From positions 1-64,000 of the forward strand of contig NW_027557518.1 of NCBI RefSeq assembly GCF_052425735.1: DNA of 64,000 nt, read 5' to 3'. Positions within the stretch are counted from its first letter, which is position 1; each line of letters begins with the position of its first letter. The translations under genes and the position numbers were made by a program. This stretch comes from Oculina patagonica. Taxonomy: Eukaryota. Positions 26,258 to 37,900 of the stretch are shown here, piece by piece. The notes beneath the pieces were generated by a model, which ran no database searches, had not been told where the DNA came from, and saw nothing but the letters and a program-made list of their open reading frames with translations.

Positions 26258-27577
26258 ATATCGCAACAATTGACATCGGGCCATCCTACAAGTACAATTG
26301 TGTTCGAGACGAAGTATTTACATTATAAACACGTTAAATATTTTTCCACTTGGGTGGAAACTCTGAAATAATACTATGCAGAGGAATAATTTGTGAAATA
26401 CTGTCGCGTTGGGATAAGGAACAACAACAGCGAATGGAATTGCATATGGTTGGGAAATCTGGCCATGGGAAAAAGCTAACAACAATCCTCCATTGCGCGC
26501 GAGTAATCTACATCGGCGATAAGTTTGGATCCCTTTTCCACGAAATATTTTTAAATTACACTGTGTAAGTAAGAAAAAAGAGATTTGTTCGTTCTGCGTG
26601 CTTTTGAAGAACTGATAACATTGTATTATAAAGCGACTTAAGAAAGGGAACAAGTATACTAGTTAAATTCCGGAGAGAATGGACACTCTTGGGTAAAATG
26701 CCGGCATTACCCTTTTTACTCTAGAAAATAAAATAAAGAAATGCAAATCAGCAAGCATTTAATTTAACTGTATGTCACGTCGCAAAATTTTACTTAAAAA
26801 ATCGTTTATTTTGTTAAGTGTCTCATTCTCGGTACCAGTGACTGGAACCGAAACAATGGAACTCTAGGCTACATCTGTAAGCAATCTCATTTGGCAAATG
26901 ATTGCTATTTCCTATATTCTTGGTTTTGTAGCAGCGAAACACATCTTAGAATTGAAGTTTAAAAATGAGATAAAGACAGCTAGAGGATGTTTTCGTATTT
27001 GTAACATAAATGCTAATCTGGCTTTGTTAAAAGCAGATGATGGTTTAAGAGAGAAGTGAACTTTTTAATTAGTACCCTTGACATGCAATTACTAAGAGAT
27101 CCCATGTTTAGAAAAGGTTTACCAATGGGATAAAAGATAACTCTGAGGGCAATAAATGAACAGAAAATGTTCTAGTCGCCAGCCAATCATATTGTCGCTC
27201 TCTTCCAAAACACATCTGTAACTTAAAATATTGCTGTTAATAAGTTTCTTTCTGTTTATTCAGGCTATTAGTTAATAGTCATGATTTTCTATAGGTAAAA
27301 GCATGTAATAGATATGAACGGTTTTACTAAACGAAGCAGATGTTCTCATGCTCTTTGTTCTACCTGTTAAACCAGCCGACGCCTCCAACATGTAAATACT
27401 ACCTAATAATATTATCAGCGGCATACACGTCAAACGAAAAAATAAAAGACATTATTTTTCAAAAGGAAATAATTCGATGTTGACAAAAATTGAATGAAAA
27501 GGTACTAGTTGAAGCATTTGTCATGTTTCTGTTAAAGAGTCTAAAATGAAAAATCATTAGTTTTGAATTTTACTTAA

Positions 27578-27909
27578 AGCTGATTTCCAGTCCGTACTGC
27601 GCAGACTCGGGGTTTGTTTTCGTTTTTGTTTTGAATTCGTTAAAACGTTGCACTTCGTTGACAGCATACATGAAGTGTTTTTAGTCCGCCATTACAGTTC
27701 GCTTCATTCAAGAATTTCCGTTGAGCTGAAACGTCGGTTTGAAATAGCGTCAAGGTTCTTCTACTTGTTATTATTTGTTCTGCAAGGATATCTGGCGTTA
27801 TTAATGAAGAAACAGGTAAGTTTGTCACGTAATTTTTAGTTTTGCTTTGTTTGTGAGGCTCACATAAACATTGCAGCCGAGATTGCGCAGTACGGACTGT
27901 AATTCATCT
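27578..27909. mobile_element. MITE with TTAA TSD (Kolobok-like), 332 bp
   Basis: 26-bp imperfect TIRs AGCTGATTTCCAGTCCGTACTGCGCA with TTAA on both sides. Empty site near 9515. Confidence 0.85.
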
Positions 27910-28012
27910 TTAATTAACCAAAACTGCCAAAACTAAAATACGAAATCTATCACAATCTTCACAAATCATGACATCATTTTATGCGTGTCTAATCTTTATA
28001 CCGTAAATTCTA

Positions 28013-28436
28013 TCACACAATGCTAACATAATCATTTTGCTCCCTTTCTCTGTCACCATTTCTCAAAAAGCCCGCAGCATTGGCATCTACGCATGCTCTG
28101 TACCCTTCACAGTGATACGCTGAGAACATCCGGAATGTGAAGAACTGATTGGCAGTGCAGTGCTGTGGAAAGACGTTACAACATATCTTGGACAACCCCT
28201 GACAAACTTGTCGATGACAGCACTCGCAGCAACAGAGAGTCAAGTTATTGACTTCATCTTGTGTGAAAAACACACCGTCGGGTGCATCGAAAGGATGTAC
28301 ATTGGTTAAACGTTTTCCATCCATTTCGTCGCTGACGCCATGTTGCGGATCTCTTGGTACGATAAGTAGCTGGATAAGTAGAATTTCTCCTTCGCCTTCT
28401 TCACCAAATTCATCGCTTTGGTAACGAACCTTGAAT
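28013..28436 (-). pseudogene. Orphan last exon (exon 5) of the lipase gene, unit 3; frame intact
   Basis: Acceptor TTTCAG is intact and there is an in-frame 12-nt duplication (LLIQLLIV). Exons 3-4 were removed by a ~1.3-kb deletion with its junction near 29563. Confidence 0.85.
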
Positions 28437-28950
28437 CTGAAAGAGCAACACAGGGAGAATTTACAAACGGGATAATTTAAAGATATATAAATATTTTGTA
28501 CTCTGCATTGATATCGGAAAACATTTAAGCAGGATGGGAGAAAGAAAGCGTGTATTTTACTTGTTTTCTGTTCTATTTGTTGACTATTTTTCTAGATAGC
28601 AAGACTTGTGGACAATGAAGAGACTCTCTTACCGAATTCGTGTTAACTCTCAAGGAACTGTTTTAATTTCTCAAGGGAATACTTTTCGCTGGGGGCCATA
28701 AAAACGTCACTCAATAGGACTGCGTCACCACTTCCGATACCGAAGTGTTATCTATTGTTTGTGTTCTGTTTTTTCGATTTGATGCGTGTGTTAACTATGG
28801 AAAGGCGATGACCTCAACAAAAGAAAAAGGTACAAGGCGGGTAATTTCGTTGGCCCTGTCCGCGTCAGACTACAGTCTATAATTTTTTCCATTTTCACGT
28901 GTCGCTCGTCATCTAGCCTTTGCAAATTAAAGATAGGTATTTTTCAAAGA

Positions 28951-29112
28951 GGGAGGCGCAGTGGCCTAATGGTTAGCACGCTCGCCTCCGAGTCGAACGG
29001 CCCGGGTTCGAGGCCTGGCCGGGGCGCTGCGTTGTGTTCTTGGGCAAGACACTTTACTCTCACATTGCCTCTCTCCACCCCAGGTGTATAAATGGGTACC
29101 GGCGAATTTACT
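28951..29112 (+). mobile_element. tRNA-derived SINE, 5' half (resembles Nin/Deu-domain SINEs)
   Basis: A box TGGCCTAATGG, B box GGTTCGAGGCC and core CTCTCCACCCCAGGTGTATAAATGGGTACCGGCGAA. Absent from the paralogous units. Confidence 0.8.
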
Positions 29113-30844
29113 CCCATTACAGAAAATTGAAATTAACTAATATAATTCCTCGAGTTACAATGCATTACTTAAATAAACTTATTTATTAATTACTTTTTCC
29201 ATCCTGATAATATTTTCAAATTTGACCTTTGTACTCTTGGATTTTTAAGCCGGGTAAATTGCCTGTACACAGAGATTAACTAGAATACGTTTCTTTAAGT
29301 GGAAAACTTCATTAAGATTTACTCGTGATTGTCAGGTTGCCTGTAATCTCCATTTAGCAACGAGGGTACTTCTCGTAAATGGGTATGGCAACCTTAAATT
29401 CGTGAACGTTATTCATGAAGTCCATTTGGGTACGTTTCCTCTAAACCAACCTCACGTATAAAGCTAAATTTCAACTTATGCCACCCTATCTCAATCCGTA
29501 AGCTAGTACTTGAAATTGGTTTTATACAAGCGTATTCTTTTACGGGAAGAGCGACGTACCAGATGGTCTATCAAATGAGCCGCATCACAGAGCTGGAGTT
29601 TATATTAACTTTCTTCTCCTTAGGACTAACAGGATTCTTCCTGATGGGGTGGTAGATGGTTTCCATGGGGTGGTAAATGGACCACCCCGAACTTACGAAA
29701 CCAAATTGTACGTGTCAGCGTAAAGGTTAGTCTGGGGACAGGGTATAACACACAAGCTTATGCCATTGAATATTCGATCACTTCGCACTATCTATGTAAT
29801 TGAGGCTTGTTTTGCTGCCGGAATAAGGATGGGGCGGCAAGGACATTACATGTGAAGCTTTAGCGTTTTCCTCACAGATTTAGCTCAGTATTATTTTGCA
29901 ACGAGCTCATTCCATAGCAAGTACAACGGAAAGGACTAGACTATTATTGTTATAATGAGATGCAAAAGATATAGCGCTCTTCGTTTGGATTCGTTGTATA
30001 CAAAATTTAGCTTTGAAATAAATATGAAGTCAAGAAATGGTGATAAAACGCAGCCTGATTTATGGAGGGTTAACGAACACGTCCATGGACTGGGTCCTCC
30101 GGGGTGACTCGTGGAGCTAGGAGTATGGCTCCTATACTAAATTCTGATTGGTCATTTCGTAAACTTCATAATTAATGGATTAAAAAACTAAAAATAATTA
30201 AGCGCTAACAGAAAAGTAAGCCGACCCGTAATTGTCCAGGTTTATTAGTAAAAAAGCGGTTAAAGAACAATTGATGACTGACCGCATATAATTTGTTTCT
30301 TCGCCAAAGCAGATAGACGTTTTAATAAAATACCTCCCTTAACAAAATAATATCAGTCTTGCATGGGTTTTTGCCTTATGTTTTCGGTTTTAGTTAAGCA
30401 TCGTTTGATGTTTATTTTTACTCGACTGCGGTTATTTTTAATCCCTTCATTTACATATTAATTGTAGCAGTCGTATTTGTGTTAGCCTTGTCAAATTACT
30501 CGTCAAAGAACTTAAAAGCTATGAAAAATCATAATCAGCCACAAGGTAATTTTATAAACATGAAAGATAAAGTTAATTCGTACGCGGTTTAATATCTAGC
30601 AGTTATAATCTGCCCGTGTGCAAAGTGTCCAAACCAAAGACAGTCACAAGATAAATATGTCAAATCCTAATGGGTCATTATGGAAAACTCACAGTTAAAA
30701 CGTCAGAACTGATTGCTGCAAATTGTTCTCGGGTACGTTGAAGAGTACGATGTTTACATGGCTTGGCTTAACGTCAACTCACTGCATACAGGGAATTAAA
30801 GCTGATTATACCTGATTATGCAGATACGCAAGCACGTTTTAGGC

Positions 30845-31303
30845 ACAGGGGGGGGGGGATACTCCCAGAATTTTAGGATAGGGGTGTGCCGCCTAGGTTC
30901 TTAAACCCTGACCCTATTTAAGGATAAAGAAAGCGAAAATTGATACCCTTTTTAAGGCCCAAGACCGAAAAATTACACCCTATTCAAGGGGAGGAGAAGC
31001 TTTCCGCGACGACCCAAATAACGGCTAACTGCGCACTGCAAGACACAAATCTTTATAAAATCGCTTTACTAATACCTGAACAGAAAATTCAGTTCCAAGA
31101 TACCTTTTTTTCGTTTAGCTGGACGTTTATTTTATCTAATAGAATATAGGTACCCTATCTAAGGATCACACCGAGAACAAATTGCCAAAAGGAGCAAAAA
31201 TGATACCCTATTTAAGGACCGAGAACCTCAAAAACCATACCCTATCGGGCGGCACATACCTATATAGGCCACATATGGGAGTACCCCCCCCCCCCCCCGG
31301 GGG
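30845..31303. mobile_element. MITE with poly-G/poly-C TIRs and 8-bp TSD TTTTAGGC
   Basis: G(n)ATACTCCCA...TGGGAGTAC(n)GGG. Empty sites at ~14945 and ~24282. Confidence 0.85.
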
Positions 31304-32400
31304 TTTTAGGCGGGGTTTTACGTGAAGGCCGTTTTTCCAACGCTTAATATGGGTTTAACAGAATATCTCGTTCACGTTTCAAGGAATCCGAAAACGCTTC
31401 ACTCATCCCATATATCTATGTTTTGAGGTATTTTGTAAACTTTGGGTGATTTTGGGGAATTTTGGAGAGGAGATAGTTTTTCTTAAAGGATTGATAAAAT
31501 TTAGAGAAAATTATAACAAATATTGGAGATTTAAGGTAATTTTAAAATACCGGTATGTAGTTAAAAATTGATAGACGGACACCAGACAGTCCCACTGACA
31601 ACCTGGAGTGCTCTTGCGTGGGGGTCAACTGTCTGGTGATGTTTAATTTTTTTTCTTCTTCAATCTCTTCTTTTAACCTCTTGAAATTAATTTCATTCAA
31701 ATTCAGGAGGAACCCCACCTTAATATAGGGTATTTTATTATTTTTGTTGTGTTCTTGGGCTTCACTGCAGCTTCATCTTGCTGTGTCATTTAACTTTCCC
31801 TGTTCTTTAACTTCCCGTGTTTTTCAACTTCCTGTGTGTCTTCTGATACAAAGTAAACTTCAAACACGGTCTTCTTGTAGCTTGTCCAGCTGCCTTTCCA
31901 ATGTATCAGTTTTCCTTTTAAATCAAACGATTCCCTGGCACCCAGCCAGCTATCATGCTGTAATACAACGTTTAAGAAATCTGGCCCGGATACTGCCTCG
32001 TCATCTCACTGGTAATTCGTTAAACTTCCTGTGATGATAAAGCTGGTGCTTTTAAGAGCTGGCCTCTTGTAAAGGAAAGATGTCTAACTCCACTAGAAAT
32101 TGACACAAAATAGCCTTCAAACACAGCCTTGTTGCAGCTTGCTCACGGTGATAGGCTGGTTTGAATTTATTCAGTTTAAACTATAATAGACGCCAAGCTG
32201 TCTGCTTATGTATCAGTTTCCTGTCAGGTAAAACAATTCCCTTATCAATATTTCAGTTCTCTCTATGTAAAATGCCACCAACCGGCTATCATGCAGCCTA
32301 GACACAGATACTGCTTCGGCGAGTTACTGGTGACACGTTACAAGAAAAGACTTTCTACCATGCCTTACGATGCTTTTATGAGCTAGACTGTCAAGGAAAG

Positions 32401-33330
32401 ATGTCTAACTCCACTAGAAACAGCCAAACGCTTGAAGAATTCATTTGCTCGACAAACCCAGACAATAAGCCTGCAATAATATTCCTTTCAGCTTTCAACT
32501 TCCTTTTTTCCATCATTGCTTCCATTGGTAACATTTTGATTCTGACTGCCCTTCAAAAGCCGTCGACTTCTCTCCATCCTCCATCGAAAGTTCTGCTGCG
32601 TTGTCTAGCTACATCAGATCTCTGTGTTGGCATCATTTTACAACCAATGGTCGCCATCCTGTTTGTCTCTGTTGCAAACGAAAATTGGACTCTGTGTGGC
32701 CCCATCTTAGGCATAAGCTTTCTGTTAGGTGTAGTTCTCTTCGGGGTGTCTCTGTTGACATTAACGGCAGTGAGTGTGGAAAGGCTTCTCGCTTTCTTGT
32801 TGGGGTTACGTTTTCGACAAATTGTAACTGTTAGGAGAACTGTTGCTGTTACAGTTTGTTTTTGGGTCATAAATTTCGCTATCGCCGCGTGGTGTTTTTG
32901 GAATTATTTTGTCTTTCTGTGGTACGGATGTGTGCTGATACTTACATGTGTATTAACCTCTACCTTCACTTACACCAAGATCTATGCCGATCTTCGCCGT
33001 CACCAAACAAGAGTGCAAGACCAATCTTCCCAAACACAACAAAACCAAGGGGAAGTTCCACTGAACATTGCTCGATACAGAAAGACCCTTTCTAGTTCAC
33101 TGTGGATACAGTTTACATTACTGGCGTGTTACCTTCCGTATTGTGTTGTAACAGCATTAGCAACCTTCACCGGTTTAACGCCGCCTCTTGTCCTGGGCTG
33201 GAGGTTTACAACATCTGTTGTATTCCTAAACTCTTCTTTAAACCCTTTCCTTTATTGTTGGAAGATCGCAGAAGTAAGACAAGCGGTGAAAGACACAGTC
33301 AAACAACTGTTCTGTTGTTCGTCAAGTTAG
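32401..33330 (+). CDS. Class A GPCR copy 4, 309 aa, type B
   Basis: Same motifs as the other copies; intact ORF. Confidence 0.96.
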   Translation: MSNSTRNSQTLEEFICSTNPDNKPAIIFLSAFNFLFSIIASIGNILILTALQKPSTSLHPPSKVLLRCLATSDLCVGIILQPMVAILFVSVANENWTLCGPILGISFLLGVVLFGVSLLTLTAVSVERLLAFLLGLRFRQIVTVRRTVAVTVCFWVINFAIAAWCFWNYFVFLWYGCVLILTCVLTSTFTYTKIYADLRRHQTRVQDQSSQTQQNQGEVPLNIARYRKTLSSSLWIQFTLLACYLPYCVVTALATFTGLTPPLVLGWRFTTSVVFLNSSLNPFLYCWKIAEVRQAVKDTVKQLFCCSSS

Positions 33331-34962
33331 ATATCGCAACAATTGACACCGGGAATTCTTCCAAGTACAATTGTGTACGAGAAGAAGTATTTATCTAACC
33401 AACACGTTAAATATTTTTTCACCTTGGTAGCAACTCTGAAATAATACTTTACAGAGGAATAATTTGTGAAATATTGTCGCACTGGGATCAGGAACCCTCT
33501 TCAACTAGCAACAACAACAGCAAATGGTATTGCATTTGGTTGGCAAGTCTGGCCATGGGAAAAAGCTGACAACAATCCTCCATTGCGCGCGAGTAATCTA
33601 CAACGATGATAAGTTTTATTTGGATCCCTTTTCCATGAAATAGTTTTAAATTACAATGATCGTCTGTGTATCAAGTGAGGAGACAGCTTTGTTCGTTTTG
33701 TTTTTTTGAAGAACTAGTAACATTGTATTATAAAGCGACTTGTAAAAGGGAACTAGTATACTAGTTAAATTCCGGGGAGAATCGACATTCTTGGGCTAAA
33801 TGCTGCCATTATTCTCTATACTTTAGTAAATAAAACAAAGAAATGCAAATCAGCTTGCGTTAAATTTAACTGTATGTCACGTCGCAAAATTTCACTTAAA
33901 AATCGTTTTTTTTTTAAATGACTCATTAAGAATATGGAACTCTAGGTTACATCTGTAAGCAATAAATTTTATCATAGGCCAAATGTTTACTATTTCTGAT
34001 ATTCTTGGTTTTCTAGCAGCGAAACATATGTTAGAATTGAAATTTAAAAATGAGATAAAATCTGATAGAGGATGTTTTCATATTAGTAATATAAATGCTA
34101 ATCAGACTATGTTAAAAGCAGATGATGGTTCAAAGAAAAAGTACACTTTTTAATAAGGACCCTTCATGACAGTAAGTTGACATGCAATACTAAGAGATCC
34201 CATGTTGAGAAAAGGTTTACCAATAAGATTAGAGATAACTCTGAGAAAGAATTACTGAACAGGAAATGTTCTAGTCGCCAGCCAATCATATTGTTGCTCT
34301 CTTCCAAAACACATCTCTAATTTAAAATATTTCTGTGAATAACTTTTCTCTCTATTTATTCAGGCTATTAGTTTTTTGTCATGATTTTCTACCTGCAAAA
34401 GCATGGAATAAATATGAACGGTTTTACTAAACGAAGCAGATGTTTTCCCGCTCTTTTTTCTACCTGTTAAACCAGCAGATGCCTCCAACATGTAAATACT
34501 ACTTAATATTATAAGGGGCATACATATAAAAAGAAAAAGATGAAAGGCATTGTGTTTTAAAAGGGAATAATTCGACAAAAATTGAATGAGAACGTACTAG
34601 TTGAAACATTTGTTTTTTTGTTTAAAATCTAAAATTAAAAAACCCTTAGTTTTGAATTTTGCTTAATTAACCAAAACAACCAAAACCAAAATACGAAAAA
34701 TACGGACGACTAAAAGTGCCTTCAGAGAAAACTATATATTGAATATTTGAAAAATATTTAAAGGTGCAACGCCACAGATAGCGTAAACTAAAGATTTGGC
34801 CAACATTTTTCCAACCTGTCTTTCCCAATTGGTCACAATCTTCACGAATCTTGACCATCTTTACCTTGTTACTCTTTGCTTTGTCATGATCATGAAACAC
34901 TTTAGCAAGGTTCGCAAACGACATCATTTTATGCGTGTCTAATCTTTATCCGGTAATTTCTG

Positions 34963-37900
34963 TCACACAATATTAACATCATCTTGCTGCCTTTCCCTGT
35001 CACCATTTCTCAGAAAGCCCGCAGCATTGGCATCTACGCATGCGCGGTACCCTTCACAGTGATACGCCGAGAACATCCGGGATGTGAAGAACTGATTGGC
35101 AGTGCTGTGCTGAGGAAAGAAGTTACAACATATCTTGGACAACCCCTGACAAGCTTGTCGATGACAGCACTCGCAACAGCATAGGGTCAACTTATTGACG
35201 TCATCTTGTGTGAAAAACACACCGTCGGAAACATCAGAAGGATGCATATTAGTCAAACGATTTCCATCCATTCCGTCACTGACGCCTTGGTCCGGATCTC
35301 TTGGTGCGACAAGGAGAATTTCTCCTTCGCCTCCTTCACCGAATTCATCGCTTTGGTAATGAACCTTGAATCTGAAAATGCAACAAAGGGAACATTTCTA
35401 AAGGGGATAATTTAAAGACTATAATTATTCTGTACTTTGCATTGATATGTAAGACAGAGCTGTTCCATGAGACTACCGTGAAGTCAGTTCTTTAGTTATG
35501 GAGAAGAACCTAGAAAGAATAAATTTCCAAATCATACAATTCACGTATCAGCCGGCATGTCATGAAGACGGTAGTTCAGGGATGCCTCTTGCACGGTTCA
35601 TGGGCGGAAAAATAACGAATCACGGACACAGATATCAGTTTTTATATTTATATAATTATATTTGAGATATTGCAAAATCACCCAAACGAAGAAAAAAAGT
35701 ACAAACTTGTAATAACGCGGCTTTCCTCCGGCCTTTGGTCTCACAAACTTCTCCAAGAGATCGAAAGTAACATCTTGGCCGTCTTCACTTAGAAACGAAC
35801 AGTTAAGCTTGGTACGAGCAAGCATCAGTGCATTCAAAAGGCTGTCTCCGTAGTATTGGTCGTCATTCTTATAACCACCATCAACAACAACAATCCTTCG
35901 TAGCCTTCTCTTCAACAGCGGTAAAATAGCAAGGTTTTCAATATGGCCTCCATCGCTAAGCAGCAGTATAGGTGGCGGCATTGGGCCAGTGTTTTCCTTG
36001 GAAAACATTTCTCTCACAAAATAGACGAAAGAAATGTGCACGATGAACCACCTGAAAAATAATATTGCACGAAAAACGCATTTCACTAAGAGAATGTTCT
36101 CTTGCACATGCTGACTCATGATCGGAATTGGACTAGATAGCGCATGAGGTGCTCTTGTCATATTACGTCAACAAGGGAGGTAATAGTGAAGAAATTATTC
36201 AATATGACACGAGCGTGGGACAAAGAAAAAATCTGAGTCACCGGCGGGAATCGAACCCATGGCCTCCCAGATACCGGTTGGGCGCTCTAACCAACTGAGC
36301 TACGAGAGACTCGTTGTGAGCTGGGCTATTTACTAGGTTGATATATGACACGCGTCCTGCATACTGCTAGGATCAGCAATGTCGAAATCATCGAATGTGT
36401 AGTAAATAATAAAGATAGTAAATTTCAAGCTCGGTGAGGTAATTTCAAGGGAGGTAATATGTTGCAAGTTGTGGCAACATGTTGCGCAAAGTAGACATGA
36501 GTTCAACTTTGTGCAATACGTTGTCGCAACTTGCAACAAGGGAGGTAATACGGGCAGCAACTTGCAGTGCAACATGTTGCAAGACAAGTTGAAAGAAAAT
36601 ATTGCCCGTATTGCGGGGCCTTGAACGGGGAAAAACCATATATGGCAACACGTTTGGAAACGCGTGCACACACAGTTGCAGATGACGAATTCAACTACGC
36701 GACCACGTGCTAAGGCAAAAAAAAAACAGAACAACATTTTAATCTAGCCACTTTCCACTAAAGGTTCAAATAAGGCGTGACAGGTGGAAGACATGCTGTT
36801 TTCTCAGGCTGCATACTTTTAAGACCTTCATAGTGGATTCCCAATTTCTCAGAGAACCTCCAGGGGAAACTAAAATGGGTTCGAGAAATCGGGAGTGCGA
36901 TAAATCAAAAGTTAAATTGCAGTGTTTGAAGCAAATCTAAGAGAAATGACTTTTTTCGCGTTATAGGGGTTCGAGAAATCGGAATTACACTAATTGTTTT
37001 TATTCTAACCCCTACCTGGCTATTTTCTCCCACCATCCTGGTTGTTCCGCTCCTGTGTCAATGAGAGCGATGAAGACCAGTACAAGATGTACAGCGAAGA
37101 AGATTATTACTCCTATTTTAACGTACGGTTCTGCATCATGGTAAAGGGCCGGTACAACTACTAATGGCAGACCACGCAGAACATACACAAGACACGGAAG
37201 GAATATCTGTGAAATTGCAAAATAGCAGCAGTTATCAGGCAGGGTACAAAAGTACAAAAATCTGGAAATAGGCCTTGTCACGGTTTTCGACGCCATCTTG
37301 ACGAGTAGGCAAAGCGGGTAGAAATTACAGTGTTTGTATGGGAATCCGATGGCAAATATCTTTTACAAAAATTGAATTTTGGACAACTTATGAATTATAA
37401 AGTTAAGATACTAGGCAAAAGTTTTTATTTGCCGAGTTTGAAGGATGTAGCTGGGCTAGAAAGCGTTCAGTTACCTTTTTAAGAGAATGTCTCCTTTAGA
37501 TCCACAAACTTAATTTGGCTCAGTAAATAGAATTCGCTCAAAATCCCTCCAGTAATTTCTTATTATAAGTAAGTAACAAATATGGAATTAGACTGGAGAA
37601 AAATTGTTTTCTTTATGAAATCTGGATGAAAACCTTTTACACCTTCTGGTGGCCTCGATGGCCATTGGCCGGATCGTGAAATTTGGTAAAGTCCAACCAT
37701 TCGCCCTAATACAAATATTGCAGCTACATCGCTTAAATACCGATACTTGTGAACATCAAGCCTTGGCCTTTTAAACTGGATGAACCGCATTGAAAAACTT
37801 TGCTTATCAAGAAAGAGACGAGGATCTAAAGTTTGGCTATTTTGGATGTTAAAGGCCAGCTCAAATTTCCCTTAACTTTATGTAGTAAAATATCAAAAGT

